This document shows, piece after piece, positions 36,658 to 45,361 of a stretch of DNA of 64,000 bases. Source of the DNA: an uncultured Gammaproteobacteria bacterium (GTDB lineage Bacteria; Pseudomonadota; Gammaproteobacteria; Tethybacterales; Tethybacteraceae). The notes beneath the pieces are model-generated. The model was not told the origin of the DNA and did not search any database. It worked only from the letters and a program-made list of their open reading frames with translations. A program made the translations under genes and the position numbers. Within the stretch, counting starts at the first letter, position 1. Every line of letters begins with the position of its first letter. The stretch is taken from NCBI GenBank assembly GCA_964509765.1, contig CAZDYI010000049.1, positions 3,405-67,404 of the forward strand, written 5' to 3'.

Positions 36658-37089
36658 CTACTCCTTCGCGGCGGGCTGGTCCTGCGGACCTTCGGCCTGC
36701 TGCCCCTCGGCGGTTTCCGCCTCGGGCGCCGGTTCGGGCTCGGGGCTTGCCGGCTCCGGCTCCGGATCAGGGGCCGCTGCCGCAGTTGCGGTTGCGGCAG
36801 GCGCGCCTGAGGCCGCGGGTCCCGTCCCTCCTTCCGTGATCCCGGCCTCCTCGTCGATCTTGTCCTGCATGAAGTTCTGGAAGAAGATCAGCACGACGAA
36901 GATGATCAGGGATCCCTGCACGCAGAAGTAGTATCCGAGGGGGAATCCCAGGAAGCTGGCCGAGTTCAGCTCCTTGGCGAACCAAGGGACCACGAACCCG
37001 AAGATGAACCAGGCCACGAGGACCCCCACGGTCAGGTTCCTGGACTTAGCCCAGTGCGTCTCGCGCACCGACTGGGTGTCTGCGTTCAT
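36658..37089 (-). CDS. DUF4212 (putative solute:sodium symporter small subunit) with a Pro/Glu/Ala-rich C-terminal tail, 143 aa
   Basis: The two-TM core WAKSRNLTVGVLVAWFIFGFVVPWFAKELN...FLGFPLGYYFCVQGSLIIFVVLIFFQNF is typical of DUF4212. The tail is APDPEPEPASPEPEPAPEAE... Confidence 0.8.
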   Translation of the reverse strand: MNADTQSVRETHWAKSRNLTVGVLVAWFIFGFVVPWFAKELNSASFLGFPLGYYFCVQGSLIIFVVLIFFQNFMQDKIDEEAGITEGGTGPAASGAPAATATAAAAPDPEPEPASPEPEPAPEAETAEGQQAEGPQDQPAAKE

Positions 37090-37170
37090 TGTTGCCTCCC
37101 AACAACTGACGTGTTGACGCCGGATTATAGGACAGTTTAACGATTAACTCCCCGGCCGGCCTGAGGCAGG

Positions 37171-38175
37171 TCAGCGCCGCGCCTTCTTGCCGGCAAGCTC
37201 CTCGATCTCGCGAAGTGTTTCCTCGCGCACCGGGATCCCTTCGAAGAAGGAATCGCTGCGGGACCTGAGGCGTCCTGTTCCGGGCATCCTCACGCCTTCT
37301 TCAGAGGTCACCGAGGCGACCAGTTCCTCGATCCGCGCCTGGAACTCCCCGCCTGCGGTCCATTGCGGGTCGATCGCGATGATTGTGTGTCCGACGCCCG
37401 GCGGCTTCCCTTTGCCGTCGAAGAATGAGCTCGCGTCCCGGGAGTGGTTGGCCCCGGTCAGGGTGGCCGACATTATCTCTACCATCAGCGCAAGGGCCGA
37501 TCCCTTCGCTCCTCCCGCAGGGAGCATTGATCCCTCCAGAGCGGCCTTGGGGTCCGTGGTCGGTTTGCCGTCCGAATCCAGCGCCCAGCCCTCCGGAATC
37601 TCCTCGCCTGCCTGCGCGGACGCCATCACCCGGCCGCGCGCGACCTCGGACAGGGAGAGATCGATGACTACGGGGGGTTCCATCCTGCGAGGCGCGGCAA
37701 AGGCAATCGGGTTGGTCCCGAGCAGCGGCCTTGTCCCGCCCCACGGCGCCATCGCCTTCGGCGTGTTCGAGAACATCAGCGCGACCAGGCCCATCTTGGC
37801 GATCCTCTCGACATGGGCTCCGAGCTGACCGGCGTGGTGTGAGCGGAACACGGTCGCTGCGGAGATCCCGTTCTCGGGGGTCCCGAATCCCAGGTTCTCG
37901 ACCGCGAGGTCTATTGCAGGGTAGGCGAATCCGTTCCGGGCATCCACAGCAGACACTGCCGGGGCGCGCACCTCCAGGTGCGGCTCGGCGTAGCCGTCGA
38001 CCTTGCCCGAGCGTGCCTGTGCGGCGTAGGCCGCGACACGCGACAGCCCGTGCCCCCTGTGCCCGTCGCACTCGGCCGCGACCAGGGCCTTCGCGACGCA
38101 TGTTGCGTTGTCCTTGGAGACGCTGTTCGCCTCGAGCGCCCGCGCGACGAGCGCCTCGGCATCCTCCTCGGACAG
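37171..38175 (-). CDS. Ldh_2 family (malate/L-lactate/sulfolactate) dehydrogenase, ComC-like; start codon unresolved
   Basis: The family motif CDGHRGHGLSR and ~65 further conserved N-terminal codons lie upstream of the first canonical start (GTG 37971). The frame is open from 38289 with no ATG/GTG/TTG. The 5' end is placed provisionally at CTG 38175. Confidence 0.7.
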   Translation of the reverse strand: MSEEDAEALVARALEANSVSKDNATCVAKALVAAECDGHRGHGLSRVAAYAAQARSGKVDGYAEPHLEVRAPAVSAVDARNGFAYPAIDLAVENLGFGTPENGISAATVFRSHHAGQLGAHVERIAKMGLVALMFSNTPKAMAPWGGTRPLLGTNPIAFAAPRRMEPPVVIDLSLSEVARGRVMASAQAGEEIPEGWALDSDGKPTTDPKAALEGSMLPAGGAKGSALALMVEIMSATLTGANHSRDASSFFDGKGKPPGVGHTIIAIDPQWTAGGEFQARIEELVASVTSEEGVRMPGTGRLRSRSDSFFEGIPVREETLREIEELAGKKARR

Positions 38176-38191
38176 CCGCCTGGTTTTTCCG

Positions 38192-39118
38192 TCAGCCAGC
38201 GCCGAGTTCCTGCAGCACGTTCGCTACGGTCATGGCCGACACGCGCACGTCGCCCTCCTTGGTTACCCCCGCGACGTGCGGGGTGAGGATCAGGTTCGGG
38301 ACGCCGGCGAACTTCGATCCGGCATCCTCGGTAAGCGGCTCGGTCTCGAAGACGTCGAGCGCCGCCCCGCCGAGCGCGCCCGAGCGGAGCGCGTCGCATA
38401 CGGCATCCTCGTCGACGACCCCGCCGCGAGCGGTGTTGACAAGGACGGCGCCAGGGCGCATCTTGGCGAGCGTTTCCGCCCCGACCATCCCGCGCGTCCC
38501 GTCGGTGAGCGGGACGTGCAGCGACAGCGCGTCAGCGGACTCCAGCAGCGAGTCTGCGTCCTCGCACCTGCGCGCGCCGGACCAGGACGGGTCGTCCGCG
38601 GCGACGAAGGGGTCATGCGCGCAGACTTCCATCCCGGCCGCGGCGGCGAGCTCCGCGACCTTGCGGGCGACGCTGCCGAAGCCCCACAGGGCGAGCGCCT
38701 TGCCGCCGGCCTCCCTACCCATCAGCTCGGATCGCGGCCACTTGCCGGCCGTCATCGCCTCGTTCGAGCGGTAGGCCCCCCGAAGCAGCATCAGCGTGAC
38801 CGTGACCACGTACTCGGCGACCGACTGCGCGTTCGCCCCGGTCGCGGGCCGGACCGCGACGCCGCGCTCGCGGCAGGCGCCGAGGTCGATGTTGTCGAGC
38901 CCCACCCCGAGGCGGCCGACGACCTTGAGGTTCGGGGCCGCGTCGAGCAGCTCGGCCGTGACCTGCGTCCGGTTGCGGACGATCAGCGCCTGCGCGTCGG
39001 CGAGCGCCTCCTTGAGCGCGGGCAGGTCGCCGAACAGCTCCGGGTCGTGCAGGACCTCGCCGGGCTCGAACCCGCCGAGCGCCGCCGGGTCCATGAACTC
39101 GGACACGACGACCCTCAT
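38192..39118 (-). CDS. D-isomer-specific 2-hydroxyacid dehydrogenase (PGDH/SlcC-like), 308 aa
   Basis: NAD-binding site GFGSVARKV, NTARGGVVDE, and catalytic His in LTPHVAG. Confidence 0.85.
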   Translation of the reverse strand: MRVVVSEFMDPAALGGFEPGEVLHDPELFGDLPALKEALADAQALIVRNRTQVTAELLDAAPNLKVVGRLGVGLDNIDLGACRERGVAVRPATGANAQSVAEYVVTVTLMLLRGAYRSNEAMTAGKWPRSELMGREAGGKALALWGFGSVARKVAELAAAAGMEVCAHDPFVAADDPSWSGARRCEDADSLLESADALSLHVPLTDGTRGMVGAETLAKMRPGAVLVNTARGGVVDEDAVCDALRSGALGGAALDVFETEPLTEDAGSKFAGVPNLILTPHVAGVTKEGDVRVSAMTVANVLQELGAG

Positions 39119-39121
39119 CGC

Positions 39122-40318
39122 TCAGGCCGAGCGGTAGAGCTTCGTCATCGAGTACTCGCGGTGGCCTAGGGCCTCGGCTGCCGTTGCGCGGCCGTTGGCG
39201 GTGCGCGCGACCATGTCGATGAGCGCGTCGCCGGCCTCGGATATCGTCATCTCGCGCGTGAGCACCCCCGTCACGTCGACGTCGATGTGCTCGGACATCG
39301 TCCGCAGCGTGCGCGGGTTTCCGGAGATCTTGACAACCGGGACGATCGGGTTGCCGATCACGTTGCCCTGTCCGGTCGGGAAGGTGTGGATGACGTAGCC
39401 CGCGGCCGCCATCAGGGTCACGCACTCGGCCGCCGCAGACGAGGTGTCCATGAAGTACAGGCCGGGGCCCTTCGCCGGCGCCTCGGCCGGGCCGAGCGCG
39501 TCGACGTAGGCCGAGGTCCTGCCGATCTTCTCGAGGTTGCCGAGAGCCTTCTCCTCGATCGTCGTCAGCCCGCCGAGGATGTTGCCCTTGGTCGGCTGGC
39601 TGTCGCTGAGGTCGTCGGTCTTGTGCGCCTCGATCACCTCGTCCTGGTACGCCTGCCAGATCCTCCTGAACTTGGCCCCGGCCTCGGGCGTCGCCGCGCG
39701 GCCCTCGCAGATGTGCTCGGCGCCGGTTATCTCGGAGGTCTCGCCGAAGCAGCCGTGCAGGCCGTGCGGCAGGAGCTTGTCGTACATGTTGCCGACCGCC
39801 GGGCACGAGCTCAGCCCCGTGGTCGTGTCGCTCTCGCCGCACTTGGTCGACACCCACAGGTCCGAAAGCGGGCACGCCTCCCTCTGCAGCTCTGTCGCGA
39901 AGTGCACGAACTCCTTTGCCTTCCAGCTCGCCGCGCGGATCGTCTCGAGGTCGCCCTTTTGCTCGATGGAGAACGCCGCGACCGGCTTGCCGGTCTTCGC
40001 TATCCCGTCGGCAACCGTGGCGGTCCACGACGGCTCGATCCCGATGACGACGGCGGCCGCGACGTTCGGGTTCGCGCCGGTCCCGATCACGGTGCGGAAG
40101 TGCAGCTCCAGGTCCTCGCCGAACTGCAGGCGCCCGTAGGCGTGCGGGATCGCCATCGTCCCCTTGACGTTGTTGGCCACCGCCTCGCATGCGGCGTTCG
40201 AGATGTCGTCGACCGGCAGGACCAGGACGTGGTTGCGCACGCCGACGCGGCCGTTCTCGCGCCGCCAGGCCCGGACCTCGGTCCCGGCCCAGCCGCCTGC
40301 TGACTTCTCCCTCACCAC
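39122..40318 (-). CDS. UxaA-family (altronate dehydratase-type) large subunit, SuyB-like, 398 aa
   Basis: N-terminal [13 protein letters not shown] typical of the UxaA C-terminal domain. The ~42 kDa size fits. It overlaps the preceding SAF-domain gene by 7 nt. Confidence 0.75.
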   Translation of the reverse strand: MVREKSAGGWAGTEVRAWRRENGRVGVRNHVLVLPVDDISNAACEAVANNVKGTMAIPHAYGRLQFGEDLELHFRTVIGTGANPNVAAAVVIGIEPSWTATVADGIAKTGKPVAAFSIEQKGDLETIRAASWKAKEFVHFATELQREACPLSDLWVSTKCGESDTTTGLSSCPAVGNMYDKLLPHGLHGCFGETSEITGAEHICEGRAATPEAGAKFRRIWQAYQDEVIEAHKTDDLSDSQPTKGNILGGLTTIEEKALGNLEKIGRTSAYVDALGPAEAPAKGPGLYFMDTSSAAAECVTLMAAAGYVIHTFPTGQGNVIGNPIVPVVKISGNPRTLRTMSEHIDVDVTGVLTREMTISEAGDALIDMVARTANGRATAAEALGHREYSMTKLYRSA

Positions 40319-40599
40319 CTCTTGGTCTTGCAGTTGTGGGTGTGGACGTGGCCGCCCTTCTCGACGGCTGCGACGATCTTCCCTGCGTCCTCGCCGTACT
40401 TGACCATGGTGTCGCCCTCGGCGAGGTCGCTCAGCGCAACCTTGTGGCCGATCGGGATGTCGGACTTGGCGGTGAGCCGGAAGTCGGAGTCGTCCTCAGT
40501 GACCACGCAGAGCATCTCGGTGCCGGCCTTCAGGCCCTCGACGACCACGACGCCGACGTTGTCCTTGCCGTCGTGGACCAGAAGCTGCGGGGCTGCCAT
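40312..40599 (-). CDS. SAF-domain small subunit of a split UxaA-family lyase, SuyA-like, 95 aa
   Basis: DNVGVVV...[27 protein letters not shown]...GGHVHTHN is the UxaA N-terminal/SAF pattern. Start is ATG 40599. Confidence 0.75.
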   Translation of the reverse strand: MAAPQLLVHDGKDNVGVVVVEGLKAGTEMLCVVTEDDSDFRLTAKSDIPIGHKVALSDLAEGDTMVKYGEDAGKIVAAVEKGGHVHTHNCKTKRW

Positions 40600-40734
40600 G
40601 CTGCGCTCATGCCGGCCGTCGTTTCGCAGCCAAGGGGCTGCGGCCGGACGGGTCATTCTACTTTTCGCCCGCGCTCGTGGCCGCCGCCGGCGTGGGAAAA
40701 TCCGCCTTTTCACGCCGCGACCACACCCCTCGAG

Positions 40735-41397
40735 ATGCCGGGCATCGCAGAACTCTGGCGCAGCTTCATGCCGCGCGTCCTGCGCAGGGACGAGCGCGAG
40801 CCGGTCGACGGCGTCGACTCGCTCGAGCGGTTCGTTTCGACCCGCGCGGCCTACGTCGCGCAAAAGAGCCTGTACGGCTACCTCAAGACCAGGATGGGCG
40901 TGCAGTTCCCGCAGATGTTCGAGGACGACCGCTTCGGGGAGTCGATCAACATCGCCAAGCGGAACGTCTTCGAAGCGTGCCTGTCCGACCTCGCGGTCCA
41001 TGCCGTCGCCGTGGCGACCGAGGGCTCGGGCTTGTCCGACTCGCAAAGGCGGGCCCTGGCCGCAGGCTGCCACGAGAGGGGCCTTGCCGACAACGGCCTC
41101 GAGGAGTCGGAGCGCTTCTCGCCCGAGGCGGCCCGGGCCTCGTTCGCGGCGAGGCTGTCGGCGTCGGACTGGCGGGGCAGGGCTCTCGGCCGCGACGAGT
41201 TCGAGCGCAGCCCCGAGGCGCTCGTGAGGTGGGCGCCGATCGTCAAGGAGCACAAGGACCTCGACGCCGAGTTCGTCATGAACTCGATGCGGTACGCGTG
41301 GATCGACGTCCGCAGGACCTTCCGGCGCAAGATCGACCGCGCCGCGGTGGCGGCCGACGCGCAGGCGCGCGGCAGGGAGGCGGGGGAGGAAACGTGA
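40735..41397 (+). CDS. Hypothetical protein, 220 aa, translationally coupled to the exonuclease-CBS-DUF294 gene
   Basis: ATG 40735. The stop overlaps the downstream GTG (GTGA). Third positions are G/C-rich. I recognise no family. Confidence 0.55.
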   Translation: MPGIAELWRSFMPRVLRRDEREPVDGVDSLERFVSTRAAYVAQKSLYGYLKTRMGVQFPQMFEDDRFGESINIAKRNVFEACLSDLAVHAVAVATEGSGLSDSQRRALAAGCHERGLADNGLEESERFSPEAARASFAARLSASDWRGRALGRDEFERSPEALVRWAPIVKEHKDLDAEFVMNSMRYAWIDVRRTFRRKIDRAAVAADAQARGREAGEET

Positions 41398-43505
41398 CCT
41401 TCCCGAAGTCGGACGTCGACCTCTCGGGGATGCCGCTGTCTTCCCTGCGCGCCGTCGTCCTCGACACCGAGACCACCGGCCTCGACGTCGCCAAGGACAG
41501 GGTCGTCGAGATCGGCGCGACGCGCATCGCCGAAGGCAGGGTCGACGCCGACGGCGGCTTCACCCAGCTCGTCAACCCCGGGGTGCCGATCCCCGAGCTC
41601 TCCCGCGAGGTCCACGGCCTGACCGACGCCGACGTCGCCGGAGCGCCGGCGTTCCCGGAGGCGATGGGGAGGTTCGTCGCCGAGATGGGTCCCGTCGTCG
41701 TCCTCGGCTACTCGCTCGGCTTCGACATGGGAGTGCTCAAGGCCGAGCACGACCGGCACGGGATGATCTGGAGGGCGCCGCGCACGGTCGACGTCGCGCA
41801 CGCGGTCCGGGTGATCAACCCGCAGCTCCCGAACCACTCGCTCGACGTGGTCGCGCAGTGGCTCGGCGTCGCGATCGAGGGCCGGCACCGTGCGATGGCG
41901 GACGCGCGGGCGACGGCCGAGGTCTACCTGCGCCTCCTGCCGCTGCTGCGCGAGCGCGGGATCGAGAACCTCGCTCAGCTCGAGCGCCGCGTGCGGGAGC
42001 ACGCACACCGGCTCGGCGAGGAGGAGGGCATGGGCTGGGTCGGCCCGGCGTCGGTCGACGACGAGGCGGTCTACGCCGGCATCGCACGCCTCGACAGCTT
42101 CCCGTACCGCCACCGCGTGGGCGACATCATGTACAAGCCGAAGTACGTCGACGTCCGCAGCACGCTGTCCGAGGTCATGCACCTGATGGACGAGCTCAAG
42201 ACCAGCTCGATCTTCGTAGCCGACGGCAAGAGGCCCGTGGGGATAGTCACCGAGCGCGACGTGCTGCGGACGATAAAGGACCGCGGCGCGGACGCCCTGC
42301 GCGGCGACCTGTCGTTCGCGGTGCGGGACTCGCTGTTCTCGGTCGCAGAGGACGAATTCGTCTACCGCGCGCTGCTGCTGATGGACAGGGAGCGGGTCCG
42401 CCACCTCGCGGTGCTCGACGCAGCCGGCGAGATCGTCGGGGTGGTCACCACCCGCAGCATGCTGCGGGTGCGCGCGGAGGACGCGATCATGCTCGGCGAA
42501 CGGATCGAGGCGGCCGAGAGCGTCGACGAGCTCGGCAGGGTCTGGGGCGAGCTAGTCCCGGTCGTGCACACCCTCCGGGTCGAGGAGGTCGACGCGCGCG
42601 ACATCGCCGGCGTGATCTCCCGGGAGCTGCGCGCGCTGACCAGGCGCGCGTGCGAGATTGCCGAGCGGGAGATGCTCGACGAAGGCCTCGGCCCGCCGCC
42701 TGCAGACTACGCGATGATGGTCCTCGGCTCCGGCGGCCGGGGCGAGAGCCTGCTCGCGATGGACCAGGACAACGCGATCGTCCACGAGGCCGGCGACGAC
42801 CCTGACAGGACGGCGGAGTGGATGGCCGAGCTCGGGGGGAGGGTGTCGGGGATGCTCGGCAGGGCGGGGCTGGCGCTGTGCAAGGGCGGCGTGATGGCCT
42901 CGAGCGCCGAGTGGCGGATGGACCTCGAAAGCTGGCTGCGCAAGGTCGACTCCTGGGTCGCGCGCGCGGGCCCCGAGGACTTCCTCAGCAGCGACATCTT
43001 CTTCGACGGGGTCTGGGTGCACGGCAGGCGCGAGCTCGCAGACGGGCTCCTTGCCAAGGCGCGCGCAAAGGTCGGCGCGTCGGCGAACTTCATCCGGTAC
43101 CTGTCGCTCAACGCGAGCAGGTTCGACAGCGCGGTCGGCGTGTTCGGCAAGGTCCGGACCAGGGGCGGCAGGGTCGACCTCAAGCTGCGCGGCGTGCTGC
43201 CGGTCTTCAGCGCGGCCCGGGCGGTGGCGCTGCGCCACGGCGTCGCCGAGAGGTCGACCGCGGGCCGGCTGCGCAAGTGCGTCGAGCTCGGCCACGCCGA
43301 GGGCCGGGTCGCGGACGGCCTGCTCGAGGCGCAGCGCGTCATGATGGGGCTCATCCTCTCGCAGCAGCTGCGGGACATCAAGGACGGGATAGCCATGGGC
43401 ACGGGGGTCGACGTCGGGGCCCTGTCGAGCAGGGACAAGGACAGCCTGGAGTGGGCGCTGTCGAAGGTCCCCGACATCAGCGACCTGCTCGGGACGCCGG
43501 TGTGA
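41394..43505 (+). CDS. DEDDh 3'-5' exonuclease / CBS pair / DUF294 nucleotidyltransferase fusion protein, 703 aa
   Basis: GGGGGAGGA lies upstream of GTG 41394. Exo motifs are VLDTETTG, GYSLGFDMGVL and HRAMADA. Two CBS modules follow. The NTase motif is GSGGRGESLLAMDQDNAIV, followed by a DUF294_C-like tail. Confidence 0.75.
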   Translation: MTFPKSDVDLSGMPLSSLRAVVLDTETTGLDVAKDRVVEIGATRIAEGRVDADGGFTQLVNPGVPIPELSREVHGLTDADVAGAPAFPEAMGRFVAEMGPVVVLGYSLGFDMGVLKAEHDRHGMIWRAPRTVDVAHAVRVINPQLPNHSLDVVAQWLGVAIEGRHRAMADARATAEVYLRLLPLLRERGIENLAQLERRVREHAHRLGEEEGMGWVGPASVDDEAVYAGIARLDSFPYRHRVGDIMYKPKYVDVRSTLSEVMHLMDELKTSSIFVADGKRPVGIVTERDVLRTIKDRGADALRGDLSFAVRDSLFSVAEDEFVYRALLLMDRERVRHLAVLDAAGEIVGVVTTRSMLRVRAEDAIMLGERIEAAESVDELGRVWGELVPVVHTLRVEEVDARDIAGVISRELRALTRRACEIAEREMLDEGLGPPPADYAMMVLGSGGRGESLLAMDQDNAIVHEAGDDPDRTAEWMAELGGRVSGMLGRAGLALCKGGVMASSAEWRMDLESWLRKVDSWVARAGPEDFLSSDIFFDGVWVHGRRELADGLLAKARAKVGASANFIRYLSLNASRFDSAVGVFGKVRTRGGRVDLKLRGVLPVFSAARAVALRHGVAERSTAGRLRKCVELGHAEGRVADGLLEAQRVMMGLILSQQLRDIKDGIAMGTGVDVGALSSRDKDSLEWALSKVPDISDLLGTPV

Positions 43506-43544
43506 ACAAACTGTCCGCCGGCACGGCGGGCAGGGGCCGCGCCG

Positions 43545-43574
43545 TTGATTTACCGCCCCCGGAAAGGGTAGAAT
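43545..43574 (+). promoter_or_regulatory. Putative promoter TTGATT-N18-TAGAAT of the TRAP operon
   Basis: The hexamers are at 43545-43550 and 43569-43574, ~45 nt upstream of the dctP ATG. Confidence 0.4.
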
Positions 43575-43618
43575 CACGGCAAGCCAAATCGAGCGCTGGT
43601 TCGGAGGTCAAGGTCAGA

Positions 43619-44650
43619 ATGTTCAACCAAGTTCCCGCACGTTTTTTCCGGGCCGCTGCGGCCCCCCTGGCCCTTGCGGCCCTGGCGCTCGGCGCGGCGC
43701 AGCCCGCGCTCGCCGACTGCGACGCGGGCGAGACCGTGATCAAGTTCAGCCACGTCACGAACGCCGACCGGCACCCGAAGGGCATCGCCGCCTCGCTGCT
43801 GCAGAGCAGGGTCAACGAGGAGATGAACGGGACGGCCTGCATGGAGGTCTACCCGAACTCGATCCTCTACGACGACGACAAGGTCCTCGAGGCGATGCTC
43901 CAGGGCGACGTCCAGCTCGCGGCCCCGTCGCTGTCGAAGTTCGAGGCCTTCACCAAGCAGTTCCGCCTGTTCGACCTGCCGTTCATGTTCAAGAACATCG
44001 AGGCGGTCGACGCCTTCCAGGCGTCCGGCCACGGCCAGGCGATGAAGGACAGCATGCGCCGGCGGGGCATACAGGGCCTGGTGTTCTGGCACAACGGGAT
44101 GAAGCAGATGTCGGCCAACAAGCCGCTGATCCTCCCGTCCGACGCCGACGGCCTGCTGTTCCGCGTCCAGAGCTCGGACGTGCTGGTCGCTCAGATGGAG
44201 GCGATCGGCGGCATCCCGCAGAAGATGGCGTTCTCCGAGGTGTACGGCGCCCTGCAGCAGGGCGTGGTCGACGGCCAGGAGAACACCTGGTCGAACATCT
44301 TCGGCCGGAAGTTCTTCGAGGTCCAGGACGGGGTGACCGAGACCAACCACGGGATACTCGACTACCTGGTCGTCGCGTCGACCGAGTGGCTGGACGGGCT
44401 CGAGCCCGCTACGCGAAACCAGTTCCTGACCATCCTCACTGAGGTCACCGACCTGCGCAACAAGGAGTCCTTCGCCGTCAACCAGCAGGCGCGCCAGGCG
44501 ATCATCGACGCAGGCGGGGTCGTGCGCGAGCTCTCCGACGAGCAGCGCGAGGCGTGGCTCGAGGCGATGAGGCCGGTCTGGGACAGGTTCGAGGCTGAGG
44601 TCGGGCGCGAGAACATCGACGCCGCCCAGGCCATCAACGCCAGGGTCTGA
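43619..44650 (+). CDS. dctP: TRAP transporter substrate-binding subunit, 343 aa
   Basis: Signal peptide present. The DctP-family pattern (IKFSHV...HPKG..., FRLFDLPFMF) is followed by DctQ and DctM genes. Confidence 0.85.
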   Translation: MFNQVPARFFRAAAAPLALAALALGAAQPALADCDAGETVIKFSHVTNADRHPKGIAASLLQSRVNEEMNGTACMEVYPNSILYDDDKVLEAMLQGDVQLAAPSLSKFEAFTKQFRLFDLPFMFKNIEAVDAFQASGHGQAMKDSMRRRGIQGLVFWHNGMKQMSANKPLILPSDADGLLFRVQSSDVLVAQMEAIGGIPQKMAFSEVYGALQQGVVDGQENTWSNIFGRKFFEVQDGVTETNHGILDYLVVASTEWLDGLEPATRNQFLTILTEVTDLRNKESFAVNQQARQAIIDAGGVVRELSDEQREAWLEAMRPVWDRFEAEVGRENIDAAQAINARV

Positions 44651-44719
44651 ACGCAGGCCCTCCCCGCCCCGGGCCGGGAGGGCGGGACCGCGACCGAAGG
44701 CAGCCCGCCGGCTCGTGAG

Positions 44720-45361
44720 GTGACCGGGCGCGTGCCGCCGGGCGGCGCGCTCGCGCGGCTCGAGGAGAACCTGATCGTCGCCCTGCTCGGGGCGATGACG
44801 CTGCTTACCTTCGCCAACGTCATCGCGCGCAAGGTCCTGAGCTCGAACATCCTGTGGGGCGTCGAGCTCACCGTCTTCCTGTTCGCCTGGCTGGTCCTGC
44901 TCGGGGCCTCGTACGCGGTCAAGACCGGAGCGCACATCGGCGTCGACGCGCTGGTCGACGCCGTCTCGGCGCCGGCCCGCAGGATCCTGGCGCTGGCCTC
45001 GGCGGCCCTGTGCATCGCCTTCACCCTGCTGCTTCTCAAGGGCTCCTGGGACTACTGGGCGAACTTCGTAAACCTGCCGGCGACCGAGGGCAGGTGGCTG
45101 CCGACCGGCTTCGAGGACAAGTTCCTGCCCAAGGGCTGGTACGAGGTCGACGACATCCCGCACCCGGCGGCGCTTGGCTGGCTCGCCGACGTCCTCAACG
45201 AGGGCGAGCCGTACGACAAGCTGCCGCGGGCGATCCCGTACTCGGTTCTGCCGCTTTCGATGGCGCTGCTGCTTTACCGCTTCGCGCAGGCGGCCGCCGC
45301 GGTGTGGAGGGGCGAGCGCGACCGCATCGTCGCCGGCCACGACGCGGGGGAGGACGGCTGA
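44720..45361 (+). CDS. dctQ: TRAP transporter small permease, 213 aa
   Basis: 4-TM small-subunit profile. The stop overlaps the dctM start. Confidence 0.8.
   Translation: MTGRVPPGGALARLEENLIVALLGAMTLLTFANVIARKVLSSNILWGVELTVFLFAWLVLLGASYAVKTGAHIGVDALVDAVSAPARRILALASAALCIAFTLLLLKGSWDYWANFVNLPATEGRWLPTGFEDKFLPKGWYEVDDIPHPAALGWLADVLNEGEPYDKLPRAIPYSVLPLSMALLLYRFAQAAAAVWRGERDRIVAGHDAGEDG

Noticed and set aside
38170-38200. A prfB-style +1 frameshift at GGC-TGA-C that would fuse the 2-hydroxyacid dehydrogenase to the Ldh_2 protein.
   Set aside because: The frame relationship would need +1. However, there is no slippery codon (GGC to GCU does not re-pair) and no upstream SD-like stimulator. A non-canonical start or reinitiation is more plausible.
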